A DNA stretch of 64,000 nt from an uncultured delta proteobacterium (GCA_963713495.1 CAVQLX010000006.1:59747-123746), one strand, 5' to 3'. Positions 51,690 through 61,801 are shown, counted from the first letter of the stretch. Translations and numbers: made by a program. Notes: a model not told the origin generated them from the letters alone.

Positions 51690-51736
51690 GGTACCGATAC
51701 GGCTGGTACTACGGTAGCGTAAGTTACGGTAGCGTA
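51690..51736. promoter_or_regulatory. Direct-repeat element (TACGGTAGCGTA twice, plus a partial third copy GGTAC..ACGG) in a lower-GC leader upstream of the 51829 hydrolase gene
   Basis: ggtaccgatacggctggtactacggtagcgtaagttacggtagcgtattttacg. Exact 12-mers lie at 51710-51721 and 51725-51736. Confidence 0.35.
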
Positions 51737-51828
51737 TTTTACGTGACCACGTCTGGACCGATACTCAGCCAGCCACTGCCGAGCGACGGCCACCGCCGGC
51801 CGCTCCGGGCTGACCCCCGAAGGCGATC

Positions 51829-52770
51829 ATGACGGCGAGCGAGGTCGTCCTGCACGGGCACCGGATGACGTATCGAACTGCGGGCTCGGGTCCGGTCCTG
51901 CTGCTCGTCCACGGCATCGCCGGCAGCTCGGCCACCTGGGACGACGTCCTTCCGTGGCTCGCCGAACGCTACACGGTGGTCGCGCCCGATCTCCTCGGCC
52001 ACGGAACGTCCGCCAAGCCACGTGGCGACTATTCGCTGGGCGCGTATGCGAGCGTCCTTCGCGATCTCCTCGGTGTGCTGGGACACGAGCGCGCTACCAT
52101 CGTCGGGCACTCGCTCGGGGGCGGCGTGGCGATGCAGCTGGCGTACCAGTTCCCGGATCACTGCGAGCGCCTGGTGCTGGTGTCGAGCGGGGGCCTCGGG
52201 CGCGAGGTCCACCTGCTACTGCGCGCAGCGGCCCTTCCCGGCTCCGAGTGGGTACTCCCGCTTCTCTGCGCCGGGAATGTGGGCGACGCCGTCGACGCCA
52301 CCGCGCGCTTCTTCGGCCGAATGGGGTTGCGTGCCGGGGCCGATCTCGACGAGTTGTGGCGCGGCTTTCGCTCGCTGGCCGCCGCCGACGCGCGCCAGGC
52401 GTTCGTTCACACGCTGCGCACGATCGTCGATCCGGGGGGCCAGCGCGTCAACGCCTCGGATCGGCTCTACCTCGCCGCGCACGTCCCCACGCTGATCGTC
52501 TGGGGCGAGCGCGACCGGATGATCCCGGTGGCGCACGGCCGAGCGGCACACGCGGCGATTCCCGGCAGTCGCCTCGAGGTCTTCCCCGAGAGCGGGCACT
52601 TCCCGCATCGCGATCTCCCGCGGCGCTTCGTCGAGGTTCTCGTCGACTTCATCGAGTCGACCGCGCCGGCCAGGATGGATGCCACGTCGTGGCGCGCATC
52701 GTTGCGCGCGGGCGGCAACTCGCCTGTCGACGTCATGCCGCCGGAACCGCGGCGCCGGACAGACGGCTGA
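51829..52770 (+). CDS. Alpha/beta hydrolase
   Basis: HGIAGSS..W and GHSLGG nucleophile elbow, with a C-terminal His region. Confidence 0.8.
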   Translation: MTASEVVLHGHRMTYRTAGSGPVLLLVHGIAGSSATWDDVLPWLAERYTVVAPDLLGHGTSAKPRGDYSLGAYASVLRDLLGVLGHERATIVGHSLGGGVAMQLAYQFPDHCERLVLVSSGGLGREVHLLLRAAALPGSEWVLPLLCAGNVGDAVDATARFFGRMGLRAGADLDELWRGFRSLAAADARQAFVHTLRTIVDPGGQRVNASDRLYLAAHVPTLIVWGERDRMIPVAHGRAAHAAIPGSRLEVFPESGHFPHRDLPRRFVEVLVDFIESTAPARMDATSWRASLRAGGNSPVDVMPPEPRRRTDG

Positions 52771-52927
52771 CGCTCTCCCGACCGTCGAGCGTCGCAGTCG
52801 TCGGCGCGCCCGGGAGCGGGCACGTCCTCGTGTTCCGGGCGCCGGTTCGGTAGCGCGTTCCCGTCGACCGACCTCCGACGCCGAGTACGGGGTTATGCGG
52901 GCGGCTGCGCCGGTGCTAGAGTGCCCC

Positions 52928-54271
52928 GTGTTCACCACCCCACGCCTCCTCGCGATCGTCGTGGTCGCGATCACCTGCTCATCCGGAACATCGCGCGCGT
53001 CCGTCGAGTACGAGGCGTCCGCCGGCTGGAGTGTCGGCGACGAGGGATATTCGCTGAAGCAGCAGTTCTCGCCCCCTGTGATCGCCGGCTTCGGCGGCGA
53101 CTTCAGCCGCCACGGGGCGCTCTGTCCCGATCCCGGGACGCACGACTTCCTCTGCATGCGGGCCGGCAGCGAAGCGGGACTGGTGGGCCCGCCGGGTAAG
53201 GGTGGCTTGCTCACGTTGCGAGCCGAGGCACGGCTCACCCGGCACGACGGTGTCGGCCTGGGCAACGAGGAGATCGTGTACGGGGAAGCGCGCGCCAGTG
53301 TGTTTGGAATCGGCACCGTCGCCGTACCGGATTCGGGGTTCGTCGTGTTCAACTTCGGGCTCAGCGGCATCGTCTCGGCCTCGGCCTCGAGCGCGTCGCT
53401 CGCCGCGCAGGCGACCGGCGTGGCAACACTCTACGCGGACAAGGCCTACGGGATCCAGTGCTTCGGCTATCCCTGTCCAGGCATCCCGCTTCGGTTCGAC
53501 AAGGCGGATCCGAACGCCTCCTTCAAGTTCGACGGGTTCCTCATCGATCTCCGCGCCGACGTTCGTGACAAGCCGCCGCTGGGGTTCGGCGGCTGGGACG
53601 ACGAGATGATCGCCGACTTCCACGACACCCTCGTGCTGCTCTCCATCGAGGTGCAGGACGACAATCATCAGACGGTGCCGGGCGCGTCGGTCTTCCTGGA
53701 GAGCTACGACAACATGGGCACCCCGCTCCCGATATCGAACGAACCACCGCCACCTCCCGTCACCACGACGACCACGACGAACCCGGGTCAGACGACGACC
53801 ACCACCGTGCCCGGCACCGAGACGGCCACCACCAGCACGACCACCGTGTTTCCCGTCGCGACGACCACGACGACCAGCGCGCCGCCGGGCGGCTGCGATC
53901 TCGACGCTCCCACGTTCGCCTCGATCGGCTGCAGACTCGATGGTCTCCTCGTCCGGATCGCGAGCGAGACGTCGCTCGGCGACTACCGGCAGAAGCTGCC
54001 GCCACCCCTCGCAGGCGCCGCCGCGCGGCTCGACGAGGCCGCGCAGTCGTGCGGTGCGGGTGACGCGAAGCGCGCCGGCAAGAAGATCAAGCAGGCGGCC
54101 CACCGGCTCGTGCAGTATGCCCACGGCCTGAATGGTCGGCGTGCGCATCGGCGGCTGCCCGCCGCCCTGCGCGAGGAGCTGGTCGCCCGCGGCAATGACA
54201 TCCATGCCGCCGTGACGATCCTGCGCAAGACCGTGCACTGCCCGGAGGACGCTCCCGCGCAGCCGAAGTGA
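52928..54271 (+). CDS. Secreted lipoprotein: novel N-domain, long Thr-rich linker, then the shared helical C-terminal module
   Basis: GTG start with (V)FTTPRLLAIVVVAITCSSG lipobox. The linker PPPPVTTTTTTNPGQTTTTTVPGTETATTSTTTVFPVATTTTTSAPPGG is followed by CDLDAPTFASIGCRLDGLLVRIA...SCGAGDAKRAGKKIKQAAHRLVQ...LPAALREELVARGNDIHAAVTILRKTVHC. Confidence 0.6.
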   Translation: MFTTPRLLAIVVVAITCSSGTSRASVEYEASAGWSVGDEGYSLKQQFSPPVIAGFGGDFSRHGALCPDPGTHDFLCMRAGSEAGLVGPPGKGGLLTLRAEARLTRHDGVGLGNEEIVYGEARASVFGIGTVAVPDSGFVVFNFGLSGIVSASASSASLAAQATGVATLYADKAYGIQCFGYPCPGIPLRFDKADPNASFKFDGFLIDLRADVRDKPPLGFGGWDDEMIADFHDTLVLLSIEVQDDNHQTVPGASVFLESYDNMGTPLPISNEPPPPPVTTTTTTNPGQTTTTTVPGTETATTSTTTVFPVATTTTTSAPPGGCDLDAPTFASIGCRLDGLLVRIASETSLGDYRQKLPPPLAGAAARLDEAAQSCGAGDAKRAGKKIKQAAHRLVQYAHGLNGRRAHRRLPAALREELVARGNDIHAAVTILRKTVHCPEDAPAQPK

Positions 54272-54272
54272 C

Positions 54273-54293
54273 GGACGAGGACGGCTCTCGTCC
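54273..54293 (+). terminator. Weak hairpin immediately after the stop codon (GGACGAG-N7-CTCGTCC) with no U-tract
   Basis: tga cggacgaggacggctctcgtccg. It is an inverted repeat only. Confidence 0.2.
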
Positions 54294-54375
54294 GCTCACC
54301 CCGCGCGCACGCGCGCGGCCGCACCCACGGGCAGGTCGTTGACGCCCCTGCTCGCGCAGGTGCAAGCTGCAGGTC

Positions 54376-55742
54376 GTGGAGTGCGAGACGCGGTACGCGA
54401 AGAACGGCGACGTCCACATCGCGTACCAGGTCCTCGGAGACGCCCCGCTCGACCTCGTCTTCGTGCCCGCGTTCGTGTCGAACCTCGAGGTGGCCTGGGA
54501 AGAGCCGTCCCTTGCCCGCTTCTACCGGCGCCTGGCGTCCTTCTCGCGGCTGATCCTGATCGACAAGCGGGGAACGGGACTGTCCGACCGCGTGCCGGCG
54601 GATGCACTCCCGACGCTCGAGGAACGGATGGACGACATTCGGGCGGTGATGGATGCGGTGGGCAGCCAGCGGGCCGCGATCTACGGTTCGTCGGAAGGGG
54701 GGCCGCTCGCACGTCCTCTTCGCCACGACGTTCCCCGAGCGAACGACCGCCCTCGTGCTGTACGGCTCGTACCCGCGGGCTGCGATCGCTCCGGACTATC
54801 CAGCACGGCACCGATGCGGAGTCGTTCGAGGCGTACCTTGCCTCGATCGAGCAGGGATGGGGGCAAGCGCTGTCGCTCCCGGTGTTCGGGCCAAGCGTCG
54901 CCAACGACGATCGCTTCGTCCAGTGGTATGGACGGCTCGAACGCCAGTCGGCCAGCCCCGCTGCCGCGCTGGCGCTCATGCGCATGAACTCGCAGATCGA
55001 TGTGCGGCCGTTGCTCGAATCGGTGCGTGTCCCCACGCTCGTCATCTACCGCGGCGGCGAGTACTTCGCCCACGTCGAGGGCAGCCGCTATCTCGCGGAG
55101 CACATCCCCGGCGCCAAGCAGGTCGAGCTGCCGGGAGACGACTTCCTGCCGTGGGTCGGCGATCAGGACGCTCTCCTGGACGAGATCGAGGAGTTCCTCA
55201 CCGGCGCGCGAGTCGGCGGCCACTCCTCCGACCGCGTGCTCGCCACGGTACTGTTCACCGACATCATGGGCTCGACCGAGAAAGCTGCCGAGCTCGGGAG
55301 ATCGCCGCTGGCGAAACCTCCTCGACGACTACTACGACGCCGCGCGGCGGGAGATAGAGCGGTCGCGAGGTCGGATGGTGAAAACGCTCGGCGACGGCAT
55401 CCTCGCGACGTTCGACGGGCCGGCGCGCGCGGTCCGCTGTGCCTCCGTGCTTCGGCAGACGGTCGAGCACCTGGGCATCCGGATCCGCACGGGACTCCAT
55501 ACCGGCGAGTGCGAGCGGATGGGTGACGATGTGGGGGGCATCGCCGTCCACATCGGTGCCCGGGTGGCGGCGCAGGCTGCTCCCGATGAGGTGCTCGTTT
55601 CCAGCACCGTGAAGGACCTGGTCGCGGGCTCGGGCCTGCGCTTCGTGGATCGGGCACGTATCACCTGCACGGAGTGCCCGGGGAATGGCGCCTCTTCGCC
55701 GCCGAGGGAATCGCCAGCCAGGGTCGGCCACTCCCGCGCTGA
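54376..55742 (+). CDS. Alpha/beta-hydrolase plus class III adenylate/guanylate cyclase fusion protein, with three or more frameshifts
   Basis: The AB-hydrolase N-part is (GDVHIAYQVLGD..., IYGSSEGG / LLFATTFPERTTALVLYG in shifted frames). The cyclase core is LATVLFTDIMGSTE...RMVKTLGDGILATF...IRTGLHTGECE...GIAVHIGARV and ends GTYHLHGVPGEWRLFAAEG in another frame. Confidence 0.7.
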
Positions 55743-55781
55743 CCTCCGTCGAGTCGGTCGGAGCGCGCCCAGGGACCGAGG

Positions 55782-55950
55782 CTAGGGCGACGTCAGCAGG
55801 GCTTGCACCGTCCCGCGCAGTCCTCCGAGCGGCTCCTCCAGGGCGCTGCATGTCTCGTCGGACAGGGTGCTCTGCGCTTTCTTCGAACCGAGGAGCTTGC
55901 CGTAGGCGGCGAGGCTCTTGCCGGCCTTCCGGAGCGCGGCGCGCGGCGGC
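55782..55950 (-). pseudogene. Orphan ~50-aa tail of the shared C-terminal module, with no start codon
   Basis: AALRKAGKSLAAYGKLLGSKKAQSTLSDETCSALEEPLGGLRGTVQALLTSP* aligns with the tails ITQDCSDALIHRFERMLTNL (2903 gene) and KRAGKKIKQAAHRLVQ...LPAALREELVA (54271 gene). Confidence 0.3.
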
Positions 55951-55984
55951 TGCGCTCTTGATTCGCATCGTCAGCTTGGCGGCG

Positions 55985-56967
55985 TCAGTCGTCCTCGGCC
56001 GCGGCCGGGGCGCCGCCCATCTTGGCGACGTCGTCCTTGCGCACCTTCGACGGATCGATCTTCCTGGCCGAAGCCGTGAGCTTCTCGATCGTGTCGTCGA
56101 AGTCGAACGTCCCGTCCTTCTTGAAGCGCAGGAAGTTCACCCGCGCGACGACGTAGTACTTGAGATACGGGCTCACGAGCCCGTGCGCCTTCAACGCCTC
56201 GACCACCTTCACCACCTCGTCGTCGAGCCGGAGCAATCGGTCGGCGCGCGACTCGCGCAGGCGCAGGCCGTCCTCGACGGCGACGTCCTGGAAGGACTCG
56301 AGCCGCTTGACGATGGAGCTGTAGGCGCCGGCGGAGAAGCGTGGACGCTTCTCGTACGCGGCGCCGAAGGTGATGAAGTGGGGCTCCTCGAAGATCGCCG
56401 CGAGCTCGGTCTCCGTCGCGCTCCCGCGCGCGCCCACGAGGCCACGATACATGCGGATCACCTCGAGCGAGCGCTCCTTCAGGTTGTGCGCCTTCTCCGT
56501 GTTGAGCGCGAGGATCTGCAGCGCGACGTCCTCGTCGGGCAGGACGAGCGCCGTGATCGACTTCATGCCCATCAGGGTCATCGCGCCGAGCCGGTGATTG
56601 CCGTTCGGCGTCCAGTAGGTCCCGTTCCGGCGCACGGCGATGAGCGGATCGAGGAACCGGCCGACGCGATCCATCGCGTTGGCCAGCTTCTTCACGTGCG
56701 CCTCGCTGCGATCGCGCTGGTAGGGAGTCGGCTCGACCTTCTCGATCGGCAGCGCCGCCACCACGACCGGCTGACCCCCGAGCGGATCGCGGTACATGCC
56801 GATCACCTCGCCGCCGTCGGCCCTGATCGTCTCCGCAAACCGGCGGGCATCGTCCGGGACGTCCACGATCTCGGCGACCGTGAGCCCCTTGCTGCTGGCC
56901 GGTTGTCTCTTGCGCGCCGGCTTGCGCTTCCTGGTGGAGGGCGTCCGCGACGTCTTCGTGGGCATGC
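55985..56967 (-). CDS. ParB/Srx-fold (ParB-like nuclease) N-terminal domain protein with a C-terminal domain of unknown function
   Basis: VVVAALPIEKVEPTPYQRDRSEAHVKKLANAMDRVGRFLDPLIAVRRNGTYWTPNGNHRLGAM matches the ParB/sulfiredoxin core (PxPxQxR ... DGxHR). The ~200-aa C-terminal part has no recognisable motif. Confidence 0.6.
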
Positions 56968-57000
56968 CTGTCTGCATAGCATGCCACGGAGGGGTGACGC

Positions 57001-57408
57001 GGGCATCACCGGGAGCGGAGGCGGTGGCGGTGGCGTGATGATCCTGGCCTCGCGCGGTGCCGTCTCGACGCTGGCCCCGCCAGCACACGTGCGATCGGCG
57101 GCGTCGGAGCGGACAGCACGGCGTTGGATGGAGCGGGTGGCGGTGGCGGCGGTGGCATCGTGCACCTCGTCGCCCCGACGATCGTGAGTGACGGAGCGGT
57201 GACGGTGGACGGCGGCGCCGCCGGCGCAGCCGGCGCGGCGGCATCGGTCACCTCGAATCCTCGGTCCGCGGGCGGTGGGGGCGGCGCCAGCGGCGGCAAC
57301 GGTGGGAGCGGCGGCTCCGTCAGCACCGCCGGGACCCCGGGCCCCGCGCAGTCGGGCGCGGCGGGGTACTTCCTGCTGACCCACGCCGACCCGACGGCTC
57401 TTTTCTAG
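57001..57408 (+). CDS. Orphan glycine-rich ORF, probably a fragment of a Gly-rich repeat protein
   Basis: Two frames give GSGGGGGGVMILASRGAVSTLAP and GAGGGGGGGIVHLVAPTIVSDGAVTVDGGAAG...GGGGGASGGNGGSGGS. No convincing start or ribosome-binding site. Confidence 0.2.
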   Translation, partial: GHHRERRRWRWRDDPGLARCRLDAGPASTRAIGGVGADSTALDGAGGGGGGGIVHLVAPTIVSDGAVTVDGGAAGAAGAAASVTSNPRSAGGGGGASGGNGGSGGSVSTAGTPGPAQSGAAGYFLLTHADPTALF

Positions 57409-57448
57409 CGCGGGGCTGTACGTGAACGGCGGCGCGCCGGCGCTCGGA

Positions 57449-58072
57449 TCAGGTCTGGATCTGCTTGAACGCCTCCCTGATCCTGAGCGCCGCCCTCGGC
57501 CGCTCGTACATCCGCTCCATGTACGCGGTCGACGCGGGGAAGTTGCTCAGGAGCTTGGCCTCGTTCGCCCAGTCGAGCGTGTACGCGACCACGAAGTCGG
57601 CCGCGGTGACGCGGTCCCCGGCGACGAATGCATGGCTCTCGAGATGCCGCTCCAGCACGGGAGCCATCTCCGTGAACTCTTCGCTTGCGAAGGTCACGTC
57701 CCGCGGGATGCGCCGCGCTTCCGGCAGCAGCGACGTGTGCTTGGCGATTCGCCAGAGCGGCTGCTCGAGCTCGGTCACCGTGAACAGGAGCCAGCGGTCC
57801 ATCTCGGCGCGCGACTTCGGGTCCCCGGGCAGGAACCCCTTCTCGGCATGCTTCTCCGCCAGGTAGAGGACGATGGCGACGGACTCGTTCAGGACCAGGT
57901 CGCCGTCGACCAGGACGGGCACCTTCGCGGCAGGGTTGAGCTTCAGGAACGCGGGGCTCCTGTGCTCGCCCTTGGGCAGGTCCACGCGGATGGACTCGAA
58001 CGGGACCTCGAGCTCCTGCAGCATCCAGCGTGCGCGAATGGAGCGGGTCGGGGGGAATTCATAGAGCTTCAT
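57449..58072 (-). CDS. Glutathione S-transferase
   Basis: MKLYEFPPTRSIRARWMLQELEVPFE...KVPVLVDGDLVLNESVAIVLYLAEKH is a thioredoxin-like GST N-domain, followed by a helical C-domain. Confidence 0.85.
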   Translation of the reverse strand: MKLYEFPPTRSIRARWMLQELEVPFESIRVDLPKGEHRSPAFLKLNPAAKVPVLVDGDLVLNESVAIVLYLAEKHAEKGFLPGDPKSRAEMDRWLLFTVTELEQPLWRIAKHTSLLPEARRIPRDVTFASEEFTEMAPVLERHLESHAFVAGDRVTAADFVVAYTLDWANEAKLLSNFPASTAYMERMYERPRAALRIREAFKQIQT

Positions 58073-58191
58073 CGATACCTCCTCACGCCTACGACGTTCG
58101 AGCATCGCGGATTTCGACAGCCTGCACATCCCCGTTCTTTCTCGGGAGGCGTTGGTTGCTTCTCGGTGCGAGCGGGTCTACCAGCGGCCAC

Positions 58192-58986
58192 ATGCAGATC
58201 ACGAAGGGGACTCGAGCGCTCGTGACGGGCGCCAACGGCGGAATCGGCCAGGCCATTGCTCGAGCGCTCCACGCCGCCGGCGCGAGCGTGGTGGTGACGG
58301 GGCGGAGGGCTGACGCGCTCCAGCCACTCGCCGACGCGATCGGGGCGCGGGTCGTGGTGGCAGACCTGGCGGATCGGGGAAGCGTGGCGCGCTGCATGGA
58401 CGAAGCGGGTCCCCTCGACGTGCTCGTGGCCAATGCGGCTCTCCCGTCGAGCGGTCCGTTGCTGGAGTTCGGCCCGGACCAGATCGACAGAGCGCTCGAC
58501 GTGAATCTCCGCGCCCCGATCATGATGGCGCGTGCGGCCGCGGCCGGCATGCTGGACCGCGGCCAGGGCCAGATCGTGTTCATCTCCTCGATCTCGGGAA
58601 AGGTCGCGGGACCGGGCACGAGCTTGTACTCGGCAACCAAGTTCGGCCTGCGGGGCTTCTCGCTCGGTCTCCGGGAGGACCTGCACGGGACGGGCGTCGG
58701 GGTGACCACCATCTTCCCCGGATTCATCCGCGACGCGGGGATGTTCGCAGACACGAAGGTGAAGCTCCCGCGCGGTGCCGGCACGCGCACTCCCGAGCAG
58801 GTGGCGGATGCGGTCCTGCGCGCGATCCGGGAGGACCCGGCGGAGATCACCGTGGCGGCGATCGAGCAATCCCTGGGCGCGTTGCTCGCCGGCATCAGCC
58901 ACCCGCTGGTCGCCTCGATGCAGCGGAGCCTGGGCGGCAGAAAGATCGCGGCGGAGATCGCCGCGGCGCAGGCGCACAAGCGGTGA
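58192..58986 (+). CDS. Short-chain dehydrogenase/reductase (SDR)
   Basis: ALVTGANGGIGQA (TGxxxGxG), NAA, and S...YSATK (catalytic Y-x-x-x-K). Confidence 0.85.
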   Translation: MQITKGTRALVTGANGGIGQAIARALHAAGASVVVTGRRADALQPLADAIGARVVVADLADRGSVARCMDEAGPLDVLVANAALPSSGPLLEFGPDQIDRALDVNLRAPIMMARAAAAGMLDRGQGQIVFISSISGKVAGPGTSLYSATKFGLRGFSLGLREDLHGTGVGVTTIFPGFIRDAGMFADTKVKLPRGAGTRTPEQVADAVLRAIREDPAEITVAAIEQSLGALLAGISHPLVASMQRSLGGRKIAAEIAAAQAHKR

Positions 58987-59022
58987 AGCGCCGCCGCGTC
59001 CGGAGCACCGGTTCGCGGCCCC

Positions 59023-59761
59023 TCACCCGACGATCGCCGAGGGCGGAACGGGCTCTCCGAACGCGCCGCGGTTCCACGACCGCAGAACGTCGCACGGCGA
59101 TCGGGGTCCAGGTGTCAGGGCTCGGATCGTGGCCACCCATCGGTCGAGCTGCTCGCGGAGATGGCGCTCGATGGGGAGCTGGTGGTCGGCGGGATGCCGA
59201 CCTCGCTCGCCAGCTGCTTCCAGCAGTTGCGCACGTGCCCGAACACGATCTCGCAATCCACCCCGCAGTCGCCGGCGCGCCGGAACGTCCGGCAGAGCGT
59301 GTGCTGGATCGCCAGCACCGGATCTCGACGTCCGCCGCGCCGTCGGGTGGGCCGCAACGACCCCGAACCTGTGCACGGCGCGTCGTGTCGCGAGGAGCTC
59401 GGATGCCGGGCATTGCCCACCGCCCGCGATGTCGTTGAGCAGGGTATTCTGCCACTGGACCAACCTCACGGTCGCGCCTCTCACGCTGCCGTTGCAGAGC
59501 GTCCCGGCACGCGCGAAGGTTCTGCTCCATCGCTGCGCTGGCCCGTGCGAGGCATGCCGGGTCTGCCGGGATGCCCCGCCGCTTCGCACGCGCATGACAG
59601 CGCAGGGTGGCGATCAGATCGCGGCCGGCGGCGCGGAGCTTCATGGCGCTGCACCGCGCGGGTGTGAGCTGAACCTCCGCCATCGACGGCCCGAGTGGAA
59701 GGAGAACGATGGAGACTGCGAGCAGTAGCGTTCGACACCGCCGAGGGTTTCGAGAGGGCAT
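59023..59761 (-). CDS. Secreted Cys-containing hypothetical protein (one frameshift)
   Basis: AGGAGG lies 7 nt upstream of the ATG. Signal peptide MPSRNPRRCRTLLLAVSIVLLPLGPSMA. The body is split between the 59761 and 59595 frames. Confidence 0.45.
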
Positions 59762-60434
59762 GTCCGGTTCCTCCTGAGGGCTGTCCGCCTGTCGTGCTCC
59801 TCGAGCAAGCGTCATGCCACAGCAAGATGCCTGGCAAACTCTGAAAACATCACGGCGTCGTTCGACACAACGTGATGGATCGACCACAGTCCGCCACGCT
59901 CGAGCAGGGACTGTCGTCGGGCGAGGGCGCTTCGTCCGATTGGGCGCAGGGGGACGCTCCGGGCACCGATCGCAGGCGTCGCGCCAGAAAAATGTGACCA
60001 GAAAACCGAGGACGTCGACGCGTCGAACAATCGTAGCAACGGAGTCGTCGCCGGCGGACGCTTCCGGTTTCGAGCGGCTCACGATCGCGGACACGGGAGT
60101 GGGCTATCCGGCCTTGTCCGGAGAGGGCCGCGTCTCCCTCTATCGAGGTGGCAAGCTGGTCGACTCCACGGTGACGGGATCGACGACGGTGGACATCGCG
60201 ACGTTCAAGCGTCCCAAGCTCGTGGACTCGACGTGCGGGACGAGCCGCCAGGGATCCGAGCGGCGTTCCGTGGGGAGTCTGCACGAACGACTGACCGCGG
60301 GGTTGTGCGTCCGTGAATGCTCCGCCGTCAGGCGGTCACTCGAGAAGGGACATCCATCGACCGTCGAATGGGTCACGCAGACTGCCGGCGCCGGAGTTGA
60401 CGCGGAATCCAGTTTCCTGGACATTCAGTCCACC

Positions 60435-61042
60435 ATGCAGGAGCGAGCCCGGGTCCGCGCCGCGCGGGACATCAACGCCCGGATCGCGCGCCGCGTCCGG
60501 GCGCTCCGGTCGGATCTCGGGATGAGCCTCGATGCGCTCTCTGCCGAGTCCAGGGTCAGCCGCTCGATGATCTCCCTGGTCGAGCGCGGGGAGGCGAGTC
60601 CCACCGCGGTCGTGCTGGAGAAGATTGCCACGGGGCTCGGCGTGCCGCTGGCGTCGCTCTTCGACGACTCGGGTGCGCCTGCCGACCCGGTCTCCCGTCG
60701 CGACGATCGAACGCCCTGGCGCGATCCCCAGTCCGGCTACGTGCGGTGCAACATCTCTCCCCCAACTTTCCCTCGCCGATCCGCATCGTCGAGGTGGTCC
60801 TGCCGGCCGGCGCGCGGGTGGCCTACGAGACGGGAGCGCGCGACGTGACCATCCATCAGCAGATCTGGGTGTTGGACGGGCGCATCGAGGTGACGCTCGG
60901 TCGCCTGACGCATCGCCTCTCGGAAGGCGATTGTCTCGCGATGCAGCTGAACGAGCCGGCGGCGTTTCGCAATCGCGCCCGCAAGCCGGCGCGGTACATC
61001 GTGGTGGTCGCAACCGATCGCTCTCGCCAGCCGAGGAGATGA
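60435..61042 (+). CDS. XRE-family HTH transcriptional regulator with a C-terminal cupin sensor domain (one frameshift near 60740)
   Basis: The HTH is VRALRSDLGMSLDALSAESRVSRSMISLVERGEASPT. The cupin part (...IRIVEVVLPAGARVAYETGARDVTIHQQIWVLDGRIEV...GDCLAM) is in the shifted frame. Confidence 0.65.
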
Positions 61043-61043
61043 G

Positions 61044-61574
61044 ATGCCGGCACCGATCCGGATTCGCCGTCTCGAGACGCTCGGAGACCATGAGGTCCGC
61101 GGATTGTGCGACGTGCTGATCGACTGCGTGGAGGGAGGTGCATCCGTCAGCTTCATGCTCCCGATGTCCCGCGCCAAGGCGGAGGCGTTCTGGCGCGGCA
61201 CGTTCGCGAGTGCGGAGCGCGGCGAGCGGATCGTGCTCGTGGCGGAGGATGCGACGGGCGCGATCGTCGGCACCGTGCAGGTCATCTGGGCGCAACCGGA
61301 GAATCAGCCGCATCGCGGCGACGTCGCGAAGATGCTCGTGCATCGGCGAGCGCGTCGGCACGGGGTGGGTGCCGCGCTGCTCGCGGCCGCCGAGCACAGC
61401 GCTCTGAACGCAGGCAAGACGCTGCTGGTTCTGGATACCGTCACGGACAGCGCCGGGCATCGCCTGTATGCACGCCACGGGTGGCAGCACTGCGGCGAGA
61501 TTCCCGACTACGCGCTGTGGCCCGACGGGAGGCCGTGTCCGACGACGATCTTCTTCAAGTTCCTGCGCAACTGA
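61044..61574 (+). CDS. GNAT-family N-acetyltransferase
   Basis: The acetyl-CoA-binding block MLVHRRARRHGVGAALLAAAE is present. The start is 1 nt after the regulator's stop. Confidence 0.8.
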   Translation: MPAPIRIRRLETLGDHEVRGLCDVLIDCVEGGASVSFMLPMSRAKAEAFWRGTFASAERGERIVLVAEDATGAIVGTVQVIWAQPENQPHRGDVAKMLVHRRARRHGVGAALLAAAEHSALNAGKTLLVLDTVTDSAGHRLYARHGWQHCGEIPDYALWPDGRPCPTTIFFKFLRN

Positions 61575-61801
61575 CTGCGCGGGTCGCTACGGATACACCA
61601 CCGAGCGTCCCTTCTTTCGCAGGTTGACCAGCGAGAGCTGGCCGGTCGAGCAATGCTCGCTGATCACGAAGCCGAGCTGGATATCCTTCAGCATCTCGCC
61701 ACTCAGCTCGACGCCCGGCGCGGTGAGCCGCGGTTCGAGCCGTGCGGCTAGGCTGCGGGCCCGACTCAACACGCGGCCGGCGCTGCGTGTAGAATCACGC
61801 G

